Origin: Candidatus Aenigmatarchaeota archaeon | GTDB taxonomy: Archaea; Aenigmatarchaeota; Aenigmatarchaeia; CG10238-14; SpSt-28 | DNA length: 64,000 nt | Direction: 5' to 3' | NCBI GenBank assembly: GCA_038733315.1 | Contig: JAVYPJ010000001.1 | Coordinates: forward strand, 171,469-235,468 | Part shown: positions 18,597 through 27,697 of the stretch, piece after piece | Position numbering within the stretch: the first letter of the stretch is position 1 | Layout: each line of letters starts with the position of its first letter | The notes under the pieces: model-generated | What the model saw: only the letters and a program-made list of their open reading frames with translations | Databases searched by the model: none | What the model was told of the DNA's origin: nothing | Translations under genes and position numbers: made by a program

Positions 18597-19373
18597 TTAT
18601 AGGAAAGCCCCGTCGTCTAGCGGCCAAGGATGCCGGGCTTTGGTCAGCACCAAAGCTTTGAATAGAAATGAAAGAAACCCGGAGACCCCGGTTCGAATCC
18701 GGGCGGGGCTATTTTTTATCAATTTTTTAATTATTAAATAATAGTTATATTTATCTTCGATTATTTTAAATTCTTTGACTTTTAAAATCTCTAAATCTCT
18801 TTTAATTTCTCTTTTTGAATAGGTGTGGTAAAATCTTTTTAAGGTTTTTCCTCTGTACTTCCATTCCAAGAGTATATCCCCAAAACAAAAAAATCTTAAA
18901 AAACCAGGAATTAATCTAAATATAGTTAGTGATGAAACTCTCTTTAATACTGAAATAAGGCAGATGTTTTTAGATATCCTAATCATTTCATTCAACGCTT
19001 TGATTCTTTCTGCTCTTTTTTTAATATGATGAATAGTTGCAATACTAAATACGAAATCAAACGAGTGGTTTTTGAAAGGCAAATTCCTTGCGTCTGCTAT
19101 AATTAAGCATGCATTTAATTTCTTTCTTTTTAAATACTCTTTTGCATTTTTTATCATATTTTTTGAAAAATCTACACCAACTAAAAAGTTGTTGTTTTTA
19201 AATTCAGACAATTGTGTTGCCGTTCCGCAACCTATCTCTATTATTTTTTTGTTTCTTAAACTTCTAAACTTTTCTATAATTTTAAACTTTTGCCTTATAT
19301 TTACCCAACTATCCGCAACTTTTTCATAGAATTCCTTTACATATAATCTTTCGACTTCCATGGATATAAACAT
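18597..19373 (-). CDS. Class I SAM methyltransferase, Trm9/ALKBH8-like; the last ~38 codons overlap tRNA-Gln antisense
   Basis: VERLYVKEFYEKVADSW, EIGCGTA, FDFVFSIATIHH, RFYHTYS are Trm9-type motifs. Confidence 0.75.
   Translation of the reverse strand: MFISMEVERLYVKEFYEKVADSWVNIRQKFKIIEKFRSLRNKKIIEIGCGTATQLSEFKNNNFLVGVDFSKNMIKNAKEYLKRKKLNACLIIADARNLPFKNHSFDFVFSIATIHHIKKRAERIKALNEMIRISKNICLISVLKRVSSLTIFRLIPGFLRFFCFGDILLEWKYRGKTLKRFYHTYSKREIKRDLEILKVKEFKIIEDKYNYYLIIKKLIKNSPARIRTGVSGFLSFLFKALVLTKARHPWPLDDGAFL
18606..18711 (+). tRNA. tRNA-Gln(TTG) with a 33-nt intron at position 37/38 (18644-18676)
   Basis: Acceptor AGCCCCG/CGGGGCT, anticodon stem CCGGG/CCCGG, loop CT-TTG-G|A, BHB helix CTTT/AAAG, T-loop GTTCGAATC. 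Confidence 0.93.
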
Positions 19374-19454
19374 CAGTAACTCTTATTTTTTAACCTTATT
19401 GTTTATTACCGTTGAATAGTAAAAAATATATAACTCTTTTAACATAATAAATTT

Positions 19455-19634
19455 ATGGTAATGGAAAAAAATATAAGCGTAACTAAAGTTAAGAATGTTA
19501 GGAAGATGTATTTGAAGGAAATAGAAAAGGCAAAAATAGCTTTATTATCATCTAAAACACCAAGAGAAATTAGGGCTTTGCAGGCTAGGATTAAATATCT
19601 AGAAGATTTATTAAGAAAAACTTCAGAAGAATAA
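19455..19634 (+). CDS. Small hypothetical helical/coiled-coil protein (59 aa, absent from the ORF track)
   Basis: MVMEKNISVTKVKNVRKMYLKEIEKAKIALLSSKTPREIRALQARIKYLEDLLRKTSEE; ends 11 nt before elp3. Confidence 0.65.
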   Translation: MVMEKNISVTKVKNVRKMYLKEIEKAKIALLSSKTPREIRALQARIKYLEDLLRKTSEE

Positions 19635-19645
19635 AGGATTATTTT

Positions 19646-21220
19646 ATGAAGAGTTCTATAGATATAGAATTTCCTATGGAATATTTGTTAGATTTGGTAA
19701 AAACAAAAAATAAAGATGAATTTGAAAAGAAAAAAATTTCCTTAGCAAAAAAGTATAATGTCCCAGTTTTAAAAACAACTGAATTATGTAAGATAATCAA
19801 AAACAAGCTCGGTATAGATATTTCGGAAAAAGTAAAGAGCAAAATTATAAGAGCAAGTAGTGGGGTTTTAATAATAACTTTAGCAACGAAACAGGATAAT
19901 TGTGGTGGTAGATGTATTTACTGCCCAAAATTTAGAGATATTCCTAAAAGTTATACACCAAATGAACCAGCGATACAAAGAGCAAAAAATAATAATTTTG
20001 ATCCATATCTTCAGATAAAGAATAGATTAACACACTACTCACTAATGGGTTTATTAGATAAAAACTCAAAAATAGAGATTATAATTCTTGGAACTTTCCT
20101 TAGCTTAGAAGATGAATATAAAAAATGGTTTATAAAAAGAATTTTTGATGCTTTAAATGAGGAAGATAGCGAATCTATAGAAGAGGCTCATAGGAAAAAC
20201 GAAAAAGCAAATTATAGATGCGTAGCTTTAACAATTGAAACTAGACCTAATATGTGTTTAGAGAAGCATGTAGATGAAATGTTATCTTATGGTGTTACGA
20301 GAGTTGAGATTGGAGTTCAAAGTGTTTATAACGATGTCTTAAGTTTTGTGAAAAGAGATCATACAATAGAGGATGTTAAAAAAGCAACAAAAATTGCGAG
20401 AAATGCGGCGTTAAAGATTACATATCATATAATGCCAAACTTACCAAAAAGCGATTTTGATAGGGATTTAGAAATGTTTAAAATATTGTTTGAAGATAAA
20501 GATTTAAGGCCAGATTATTTAAAGATATATCCTTTACAACTTTTTAAGAATACAGAGCTTTGGAAAATGTATGAGAATGGAGAATTTAGATTATACGAAT
20601 TTAGCGAATTGGTAGAGTTGCTGGCTATAGCGTTAAAATTCATTCCAAAATATGTAAGAATTCAAAGAATTGGAAGAGATTTACCAAAGAATGATATAGA
20701 TGCAGGGTATTCTTTAACAAATCTAAGAGAATATGTTGAGAAAAGAGCGAAAGAGTTGGGAATTTATTGTAAGTGTATAAGATGTAGGGAGGTCGGAATT
20801 AAAATTAAAAATAATTTAGAAATAGATTTTGATAGCATAGAATTAAAAAGAATAGATTATGAAGCTAATGATGGAAATGAAATCTTTCTATTTTTTGAGG
20901 ATAAATACGAGACTCTTTACGCATATCTAAGGTTAAGAATACCAGATAGCTCTCATAGAAAAGAAATAAATTCTAAATCTGCAGTAATAAGAGAATTAAA
21001 AGTTTTAGGATTGCATTTGCCTGTAGAATCTATACCAAAGGAATTTAATTTTCAGCATAGGGGTTTAGGAAAAAAATTAATGAAAGCAGCAGAAGAGGTG
21101 GCTTTAAACGAGTTTGATAGAAATAAAATGGTTGTAATAAGTGCTGTTGGTACTAGAGAATACTATAGAAAACTTGGTTATACTATTGATGGACCATATA
21201 TGAGTAAGTTATTGGTTTAA
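19646..21220 (+). CDS. elp3: Elp3 radical-SAM/GNAT tRNA U34 carboxymethylation enzyme
   Basis: CGGRCIYCP, PKSY, IETRP, ELKVLG, QHRGLG, ISAVGTREYY, GPYMSK. Confidence 0.95.
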   Translation: MKSSIDIEFPMEYLLDLVKTKNKDEFEKKKISLAKKYNVPVLKTTELCKIIKNKLGIDISEKVKSKIIRASSGVLIITLATKQDNCGGRCIYCPKFRDIPKSYTPNEPAIQRAKNNNFDPYLQIKNRLTHYSLMGLLDKNSKIEIIILGTFLSLEDEYKKWFIKRIFDALNEEDSESIEEAHRKNEKANYRCVALTIETRPNMCLEKHVDEMLSYGVTRVEIGVQSVYNDVLSFVKRDHTIEDVKKATKIARNAALKITYHIMPNLPKSDFDRDLEMFKILFEDKDLRPDYLKIYPLQLFKNTELWKMYENGEFRLYEFSELVELLAIALKFIPKYVRIQRIGRDLPKNDIDAGYSLTNLREYVEKRAKELGIYCKCIRCREVGIKIKNNLEIDFDSIELKRIDYEANDGNEIFLFFEDKYETLYAYLRLRIPDSSHRKEINSKSAVIRELKVLGLHLPVESIPKEFNFQHRGLGKKLMKAAEEVALNEFDRNKMVVISAVGTREYYRKLGYTIDGPYMSKLLV

Positions 21221-21252
21221 TTAGTTATATTTCTTAATAAGGAATACTTTTA

Positions 21253-21852
21253 ATGGGTAAATACATAGTAATAGAGGGTATAGATGGTGCTGGTAAAACC
21301 ACTATTTGTAATTTATTATCGAAGGATTTAGAAAACTCTTTTCTTATTAAAGAACCTTCTGACAGAGAAATAGGTAAGTTTATTAGATTTTTGTTAGAGA
21401 GTCAAAACGAAAATATGAGGAATCCGTTTATTTCTATGCTAATGTTTTTTTCAGATAGAATATCCATAAGAGAAAAAATAATTGAGCTAAGAAATTCTTA
21501 TAACTATATAATTTCAGACAGAAGTTTCTTATCAACTTATGCTTATCAGATTTCATTGATAGAAGATGAAAAGGAGAAAAAAATATTCTTGAACATATTT
21601 AGGGAACTTTTGAAATTAATAGAAATTCCGGATGTCATAGTAATTTTAGATGTTGATATTGATGTTGCGTTAGAAAGAATACGTAAAGATAACAGAACAA
21701 AATCTCTGTATGAAAATAGAGAATTTTTAAAAAAAGTTTCTGAAAACTATAGGAATTTAAAATTGGATTTAGATAATGTTTATTTAGTGGATGCAAATAG
21801 AGATATTAATGATGTTGAGAGAGATGTATTAAGTATTATTAAACAACTTTAA
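21253..21852 (+). CDS. tmk: Thymidylate kinase
   Basis: IEGIDGAGKTT, KEP, SDRSFLSTYAYQ. Confidence 0.95.
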   Translation: MGKYIVIEGIDGAGKTTICNLLSKDLENSFLIKEPSDREIGKFIRFLLESQNENMRNPFISMLMFFSDRISIREKIIELRNSYNYIISDRSFLSTYAYQISLIEDEKEKKIFLNIFRELLKLIEIPDVIVILDVDIDVALERIRKDNRTKSLYENREFLKKVSENYRNLKLDLDNVYLVDANRDINDVERDVLSIIKQL

Positions 21853-22933
21853 CTTCCACACCAAGCAATTCTTTTAAGCATACTTCAAAAAACCTTATGT
21901 TAATACCTTTATTTCCTAATACTATTGGTCTCTGCTCTTTTGTTGTATGAATATATAAATATGGACCTTTAAGTTCTATCTCTTTTAATTCTTTTGCTAA
22001 TTTACCAGCTGGGTGAAAAACTCTAAAATACTCTCTTAAATCTAAGGTTAGTTCTAAAATTCTTATAGTTAAATTTAATTTATTCTCTAGTGATTGAATT
22101 GTTTGACCGTGCTTTCCAATAATTTTTCCGGCTTGGTTTTCTTTAACTACTATAACTACATCTGGTGCAGATTTTAATTTTTGTGAATCAAAAAGTTTCT
22201 TAATTTTTCTTAGGTCTAAAACAGTTATTATATCTATATTATCAACCTCTTCTAAGATTAAGTCTAAAATTTCCTTTTCTTCTTTTTCCATTTCTCTTTT
22301 TCTTAATTTTGTTTCTAATAACAACTTTACTCCAATTTTAGCACCATTTCTAATTATATCATTTAAACCTAACTCAACTATTTGAGAATCTTTTTGGTTA
22401 GATAAAATTTCTCTCAAAATTTTTATCGTTTGATAATTTTCTGCTTGTAATAAAGCATCTCCAGCAATTATTAATCTTGAATTAGAGCCAACTCTCATTA
22501 ATATTTCAACTATTCTTTCTGGTTTAACTAATTGAACATCATCTATAAATATTATCGAATCATCAAAACTTCTTCCTATAAGAGATGAAAAATCTGCGAA
22601 AACGATTCTTTTTTGTTTTATGAACTCTTCTATTTCGTCCCACTCTATTTTTAAGTTATCGGCAATATCTTTAAGGTATTGTTTTATATTTTCAAAATAT
22701 AATTCTCCTAGTTCAGCAAGCGTAAACTCCTTTTTTGTTGATGGGTCTATAAAAGGCTTAACTATTATTAGTTTTTTTGTTTTTGTTTGCTTCAAAACTC
22801 TTAGAGCATAGTCTATAACAAAAAAAGTTTTGCCGCTTCCTGTAGGACCAAATATTGCTAAATAGATAATTCTTTCATTATTCAGAGCGTTATACAACTC
22901 TTTTTGGTTTTCTGTTAATGGTTTAATTGTCAT
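21839..22933 (-). CDS. PhoH-like ATPase with two C-terminal KH domains
   Basis: KPLTENQ, GPTGSGKT, GRSFDDSIIFIDDVQ, AGD; KH GxxG loops IIGKHG and VLGNKG. Confidence 0.88.
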   Translation of the reverse strand: MTIKPLTENQKELYNALNNERIIYLAIFGPTGSGKTFFVIDYALRVLKQTKTKKLIIVKPFIDPSTKKEFTLAELGELYFENIKQYLKDIADNLKIEWDEIEEFIKQKRIVFADFSSLIGRSFDDSIIFIDDVQLVKPERIVEILMRVGSNSRLIIAGDALLQAENYQTIKILREILSNQKDSQIVELGLNDIIRNGAKIGVKLLLETKLRKREMEKEEKEILDLILEEVDNIDIITVLDLRKIKKLFDSQKLKSAPDVVIVVKENQAGKIIGKHGQTIQSLENKLNLTIRILELTLDLREYFRVFHPAGKLAKELKEIELKGPYLYIHTTKEQRPIVLGNKGINIRFFEVCLKELLGVEVKVV

Positions 22934-23003
22934 AATATATTTTTAATTAAAGTAATTTCATAGTAGATAGTAGAATATATAGGAGAAGTGCGTATTATTA
23001 TTA

Positions 23004-23032
23004 TTGCAAATCTGAATAGTGATGATTTGCAA
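23004..23032 (+). promoter_or_regulatory. K-loop hairpin (box D CUGA / box C GUGAUGA) in the leader of the TRAM gene
   Basis: TTGCAAAT-CTGA-ATAG-TGATG-ATTTGCAA; ends 8 nt before the ATG. Confidence 0.7.
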
Positions 23033-23040
23033 GTATTAAG

Positions 23041-23229
23041 ATGGGTAAGCCAGTAAAAGAAGGTCAAATAATAGATTTAGAAATAAAAGAAATTAGTAGA
23101 AGAGGTGATGGAATAGCGAGGGTCGATAATTTTGTTATTTTTGTTAAGGGAGCACAAACTGGAGAAAAAGTTAAAACAAAGATAGTTAAGGTTATGAATA
23201 GTTTTGCTATAGGGGTGGCTATTAGATAA
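23041..23229 (+). CDS. Single TRAM-domain RNA-binding protein
   Basis: KPVKEG...RRGDGIARVDNFVIFV.GA..GEKV. Confidence 0.93.
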   Translation: MGKPVKEGQIIDLEIKEISRRGDGIARVDNFVIFVKGAQTGEKVKTKIVKVMNSFAIGVAIR

Positions 23230-23250
23230 GCCACCTATTTTTGTTTTTTT
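23214..23250 (+). terminator. Hairpin plus U-tract terminator
   Basis: GGTGGCT/AGCCACC stem followed by T runs. Confidence 0.55.
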
Positions 23251-23290
23251 AAATAAAAAAGATTTAAATACTTTTTTAATAATAAACTTT

Positions 23291-24568
23291 ATGCCACAAA
23301 AACCACACTTAAATATAGTGATTGTAGGACATGTAGATCAAGGAAAATCAACACTAGCTGGTAGGTTATTCTATGAAACAGGAGCAATAAGAGACGATGA
23401 GCTAAGAAAACTAAGAGAAATGGCACAAGAATTTAAAATAGAGGGTGGAGAATTTGCTTACATTTTAGATAAAGAAATAGAAGAAAGAAAAAGAGGAATG
23501 ACAATAGATATAGCTCATAGGCCGTTCGAAACACAAAAATATTATTTTACTATAATAGATGCTCCAGGTCATAGAGATTTCGTTAAGAATATGATTACAG
23601 GAGCTTCTCAAGCCGACGCAGCAATTTTAGTTGTAAGCGCTAAGCCTGGTGAAGGAGTTCAGGCACAAACAAAGGAGCATGCATACTTAATAAGAGTATT
23701 GGGAATAAGTCAATTGATAGTTGTCATAACAAAAATGGATACCGTAAACTATGATGAAAAAGTTTTTAATAAATTAAAAGATGAGATAATAAACGGATTA
23801 TTAAGACCGCTTGGATTTCCAGTAGATAAAATACCAGTGATACCTATAAGTGCGCAGCTCGGTGAAAATATAACAAAGAGAAGTGAAAAAATGCCATGGT
23901 ATAGCGGACCTTGCTTGGTTGAATTATTAGATTCATTACAAGTTCCTCCGAGACCTGTAGATAAACCATTAAGAATTCCAATACAAGATGTTTTTAGCAT
24001 TACTGGAGTAGGTACAGTTCCCGTAGGAAGAGTAGAAAGCGGAAAATTAAAGCCTGGAGATACTGTAGTTTTTGAACCATCTGGTGTTAGAGGAGAAGTT
24101 AAATCCATAGAAATGCATCATCAGCAAATTCCAGAAGCTTTACCTGGAGATAACATTGGATTTAATGTTAGGGGCGTTTCAAAAAATGATATTAGAAGAG
24201 GAGACGTTGCTGGACATCCAAACAATCCACCTACAGTAGCTAAGGAGTTCATTGCTCAGGTAATTATATTAGAGCATCCGACGTCGATTGCTATTGGTTA
24301 TACTCCAGTATTCCATATTCACACAGCAACAATTTCAGGAAAAATAGTTGAAATAATTGCAAAGATAGATCCTAAAACTGGCCAAGAGGTTGAAAAAAAT
24401 CCACAGTTTATTAAAAAGGGAGATGCAGCAAGAATTAGAGTTCAGCCATTAAAACCAGTTGTAGTTGAGAAGTTTTCAGAATATCCGGCACTAGGAAGAT
24501 TTGCTATGAGAGATATGGGAATGACGGTTGGAGCAGGAATAGTTCTAGACGTTATAAAGGCCAAATAA
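23291..24568 (+). CDS. tuf: Translation elongation factor EF-1alpha
   Basis: KPHLNIVIVGHVD.GKST, DAPGHRDFVKNMITG, GRFAMRDMG. Confidence 0.98.
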   Translation: MPQKPHLNIVIVGHVDQGKSTLAGRLFYETGAIRDDELRKLREMAQEFKIEGGEFAYILDKEIEERKRGMTIDIAHRPFETQKYYFTIIDAPGHRDFVKNMITGASQADAAILVVSAKPGEGVQAQTKEHAYLIRVLGISQLIVVITKMDTVNYDEKVFNKLKDEIINGLLRPLGFPVDKIPVIPISAQLGENITKRSEKMPWYSGPCLVELLDSLQVPPRPVDKPLRIPIQDVFSITGVGTVPVGRVESGKLKPGDTVVFEPSGVRGEVKSIEMHHQQIPEALPGDNIGFNVRGVSKNDIRRGDVAGHPNNPPTVAKEFIAQVIILEHPTSIAIGYTPVFHIHTATISGKIVEIIAKIDPKTGQEVEKNPQFIKKGDAARIRVQPLKPVVVEKFSEYPALGRFAMRDMGMTVGAGIVLDVIKAK

Positions 24569-24585
24569 ACCCTTTTTTATTTTTT

Positions 24586-25278
24586 ATGTGGCTTAAAAGA
24601 TTAAATGCACCAAGATTTTGGAGGCAAAAACCCAAAGAAAATAAATACTCTGTAAATCCATCTTGTGGTCCACATCCTAAGGATTATTGCATACCCATAG
24701 CTATTATATTAAGAGATATACTCAATTACGCTGAAAATTTAAAAGAAGCAAAACAGATAGTAAAACAAAGAAAAGTTCTTGTCGATCAAAGAGTTATTAA
24801 GAATTATAGATTTCCATGTGGATTATTTGATGTAATTTCTTTTCCAGATATAAACGAGTTCTATAGGATTACAGTTAATAAGAGTGGATTATGTTTAATA
24901 AAGATTGAAAAGGATGAAGCTAATTTAAAGATAGTAAAGGTTATAAGGAAGACAAAGATATCTGATAAAAAATATCAGTTAACTTTTCATGATGGAAAAA
25001 ACATTGTTGTTGAGGAAAATGAAATTAAGCCACATGATAGTCTGTTAATAGATTTAGCTTCCTTTAAAATTCTAAAATACTTAAAATTCGAAGAAAATTC
25101 CTTAGCTCTTGTTTTTCGTGGAGAAAATTGTGGTAAGGTAGGTAAAATAATTAGTATAACTAAGGGAAGTTTTAATAGAAAATGGTTGGTTGAGTTAAAA
25201 ACCGAAGGAGAAAAAATATCAACAATAAGAGACTATGTTATTGTAGTTGGGGATGATAAAAGTTTAATATCGATATAA
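24586..25278 (+). CDS. rps4e: 30S ribosomal protein S4e
   Basis: LKRLNAPRFW...GPH...RFPCGLFDVI. Confidence 0.96.
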   Translation: MWLKRLNAPRFWRQKPKENKYSVNPSCGPHPKDYCIPIAIILRDILNYAENLKEAKQIVKQRKVLVDQRVIKNYRFPCGLFDVISFPDINEFYRITVNKSGLCLIKIEKDEANLKIVKVIRKTKISDKKYQLTFHDGKNIVVEENEIKPHDSLLIDLASFKILKYLKFEENSLALVFRGENCGKVGKIISITKGSFNRKWLVELKTEGEKISTIRDYVIVVGDDKSLISI

Positions 25279-25279
25279 T

Positions 25280-25777
25280 ATGGATGAAAACTCAATGAGA
25301 AATAAAATTTTCTTGGAAAAGGTTGTTATAAATTTTGGATGTGGTGGTGATTTAGAAAAGATTGAAAAATGTAAAAAATTATTGGAAAAGATGTTTCCGA
25401 ATAGAAAACCAGCAATAACATATTCTAAAAGAAGATCTACATTTGGAATTGCTAAGGGAAAACCCATAGGTGTTAGTATTACTTTAAGAGGGAAAGATGC
25501 TGAAGAGTTTGCAAAAAAAGTATTTAAAGTCTATGAAAATAAAATTCCTTCTAGTGTTTTCGATGATTACGGTAATTTCAGCTTAGGTGTTAAAAAATAT
25601 ATAGATTTAGGGGTAAGGTACGAGCATACCATAGGATTATTAGGTATGGATTGTTGCTTTTCTTTAAGGAGGCCAGGATATAAATTAAAAAACGGAAAAA
25701 TTAGTAGAAAACAAAGAGTTACTAAGGAAGAAGCTATAAAATTTTTAAGAGAAAAATTTAAAGTCGAGGTTATATAA
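25280..25777 (+). CDS. rpl5: 50S ribosomal protein L5
   Basis: EKVVINFG...FGIAKGKPIG..ITLRG...FDDYGNFS. Confidence 0.96.
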   Translation: MDENSMRNKIFLEKVVINFGCGGDLEKIEKCKKLLEKMFPNRKPAITYSKRRSTFGIAKGKPIGVSITLRGKDAEEFAKKVFKVYENKIPSSVFDDYGNFSLGVKKYIDLGVRYEHTIGLLGMDCCFSLRRPGYKLKNGKISRKQRVTKEEAIKFLREKFKVEVI

Positions 25778-25808
25778 GAGATTTAAAGGTTAACTAACAT
25801 TTTAAATT

Positions 25809-26009
25809 ATGTTCAGGGAAGAAGATATAATAAAAGAGGAAATAGCTGGTATAATAAACGCTTTTTTAATGGCAAAGATAAGGATAGAGGATAAAGAAGT
25901 TTTTGAAAGAATAGGTAAAAATCTAAATAGCGTAATAAGTAATGTTTTGGAAAAAGGATTTGTAGATGAAATAGATGCGCTAAGTATTTTTGGTTTTGTT
26001 GCATATTAA
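25809..26009 (+). CDS. Small hypothetical protein between rpl5 and rps14
   Basis: 66-aa ORF on the same strand, ending 2 nt before rps14. Confidence 0.6.
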   Translation: MFREEDIIKEEIAGIINAFLMAKIRIEDKEVFERIGKNLNSVISNVLEKGFVDEIDALSIFGFVAY

Positions 26010-26011
26010 TT

Positions 26012-26191
26012 ATGGACCCAGAGCTAAGAACACCATTTCCACCAAAAAAGAAGAGAGCTTGCGGAAGAGAAAGATTTAGATGTAGAAAGTGCAATTCAAA
26101 AAAAGGTATAATAAAAAAATATGGTATTTTATTGTGTAGAAAATGTTTTAGGGAAGAGGCTAAGAGAATAGGATTTATTAGGTTCAATTAA
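26012..26191 (+). CDS. rps14: 30S ribosomal protein S14 (Zn-binding; absent from the ORF track)
   Basis: Manual translation ...RCRKCNSKKGIIKKYGILLCRKCFREEAKRIGF. Confidence 0.95.
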   Translation: MDPELRTPFPPKKKRACGRERFRCRKCNSKKGIIKKYGILLCRKCFREEAKRIGFIRFN

Positions 26192-26445
26192 TCCTCTATT
26201 ATTACTTTTTTCATTAAAGCATAACCACTTAATCCCTCTCTAAATCTTACCAAGACTTTCCCTTTATTACCAAAAACTTTCGTTATTTTACCTATTTTTT
26301 TCTTTTTGTTTATTGTTAGTATAACTTTTTTGCCAATTAATTTTGCAGCGTCTTTTCTGTTGCTTATTCCATCTATTTCTAAAATTACTTGATTCGAATT
26401 CTTATTGTGGTTGCTTAACCTAAAATTCGTTATTACACCTTCCAT
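26188..26445 (-). CDS. rpl35ae: 50S ribosomal protein L35Ae; likely start at 26445
   Basis: MEGVITNFR...QVIL...AAKLIGKKV...GKITKVFGNKG. Confidence 0.92.
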   Translation of the reverse strand: MEGVITNFRLSNHNKNSNQVILEIDGISNRKDAAKLIGKKVILTINKKKKIGKITKVFGNKGKVLVRFREGLSGYALMKKVIIED

Positions 26446-26467
26446 AAATTTAAAAAATATAAAATTT

Positions 26468-27697
26468 TTATTCTTTTTTGTTTTCAAAATTTTCTAAAAC
26501 CTTAGCGACGTCTCTTATCATTAATCTAACGCTTTCTCTTAGCTTGTATATTTCTTCAAAATCTAATTTTTGATGCTCTCCTGATAGCAATATAGAATAA
26601 ATTTCTTCTAATCTATCTAATATTTGAGAGTAATCGCTAGAAATGTAACCTTTTTTTATGAAATTTTCTTTAAATGTTGGTATCAAATCTTTTTCGCTTA
26701 CCTCTAAATTCATAGATTTTAATGCTCTTCTCATAAGTTCCTTAGCAACATCTCTTGTTTTTAATGCTATTCCTTCTATTTTTTTAATCTCTAATATACT
26801 AAGCAACAAAATTGTTTTTTCAACAAACTTTTGAGACCTTTCAATCCATAAATCAACCTCTTCACCTTTTATTTCTCTTATTTCCTGATGTTCAATTTTT
26901 TTTCTTAATTCTACAATTTCTCTAATCCATTCCGCGTATTCTGCTTCTAAAAGCTTTTTATCTACCAATTCTTTTTTAAATTCTTCGTATAATTTAGATG
27001 GCGCTGGAGGTTGTTTACCTAGGAACATTAATAAAGCTTGTGCTGAGTTCACAATAGCATAATAACAATCTTCTGCTATTTGTAGCAATTTTACAGATTT
27101 TGCTCTTAAAACTTTTTTTGGAGCATCTTCAATATATTTTTCTATAGCCTCTCTTGTTAGTGGAATTTTTCCTGTAAGCCAAAGTTTTTTAAAACTTCTA
27201 AACGTTCCATCATCTATTACTGCATAACCATCTTTTATAAAATTATAAACTATCGGATGTCCACTTCTTACATAGTCCCAAAATTCTGATAATCTATAAC
27301 TTGGTTGTAAAGATATTAAGTTAACAACTTTTTCTTCATTAAGTATTTTATCTTTGACTTTTATTTTTGCTTCATCTACTAAATTAGATATTTTTTCTAT
27401 TTCTCTATCTATTTCTTCTAAGTAGGAATCTAATAATCCATAAACTAGCTGATTTCCGCATCTTGGGCATTTTTCTATTTTGTCTTCTAAATCTATTACA
27501 TGTTCTAAATCTTTTTCACAGTGTTTTACAATCGTATCGTCGATTATTATTAAAATGTCTATATCACTCCTTTCCTTAAACTCTTCTCTTAGTGTAGAAC
27601 CAAAGACTACAACACTTTTTATTAAATCTTTAAACCTATCTTTTACTAACCTTCCAAATTTTCTTGCTATTTCTATTCTTTGTTCCTTAGTTAACAT
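26468..27697 (-). CDS. Nucleotidyltransferase (MNT)-HEPN fusion with a Cys-rich insert
   Basis: FGS...SDIDILIIIDD; HEPN RKKIEH; insert HCEK...CPRCG. Confidence 0.8.
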   Translation of the reverse strand: MLTKEQRIEIARKFGRLVKDRFKDLIKSVVVFGSTLREEFKERSDIDILIIIDDTIVKHCEKDLEHVIDLEDKIEKCPRCGNQLVYGLLDSYLEEIDREIEKISNLVDEAKIKVKDKILNEEKVVNLISLQPSYRLSEFWDYVRSGHPIVYNFIKDGYAVIDDGTFRSFKKLWLTGKIPLTREAIEKYIEDAPKKVLRAKSVKLLQIAEDCYYAIVNSAQALLMFLGKQPPAPSKLYEEFKKELVDKKLLEAEYAEWIREIVELRKKIEHQEIREIKGEEVDLWIERSQKFVEKTILLLSILEIKKIEGIALKTRDVAKELMRRALKSMNLEVSEKDLIPTFKENFIKKGYISSDYSQILDRLEEIYSILLSGEHQKLDFEEIYKLRESVRLMIRDVAKVLENFENKKE

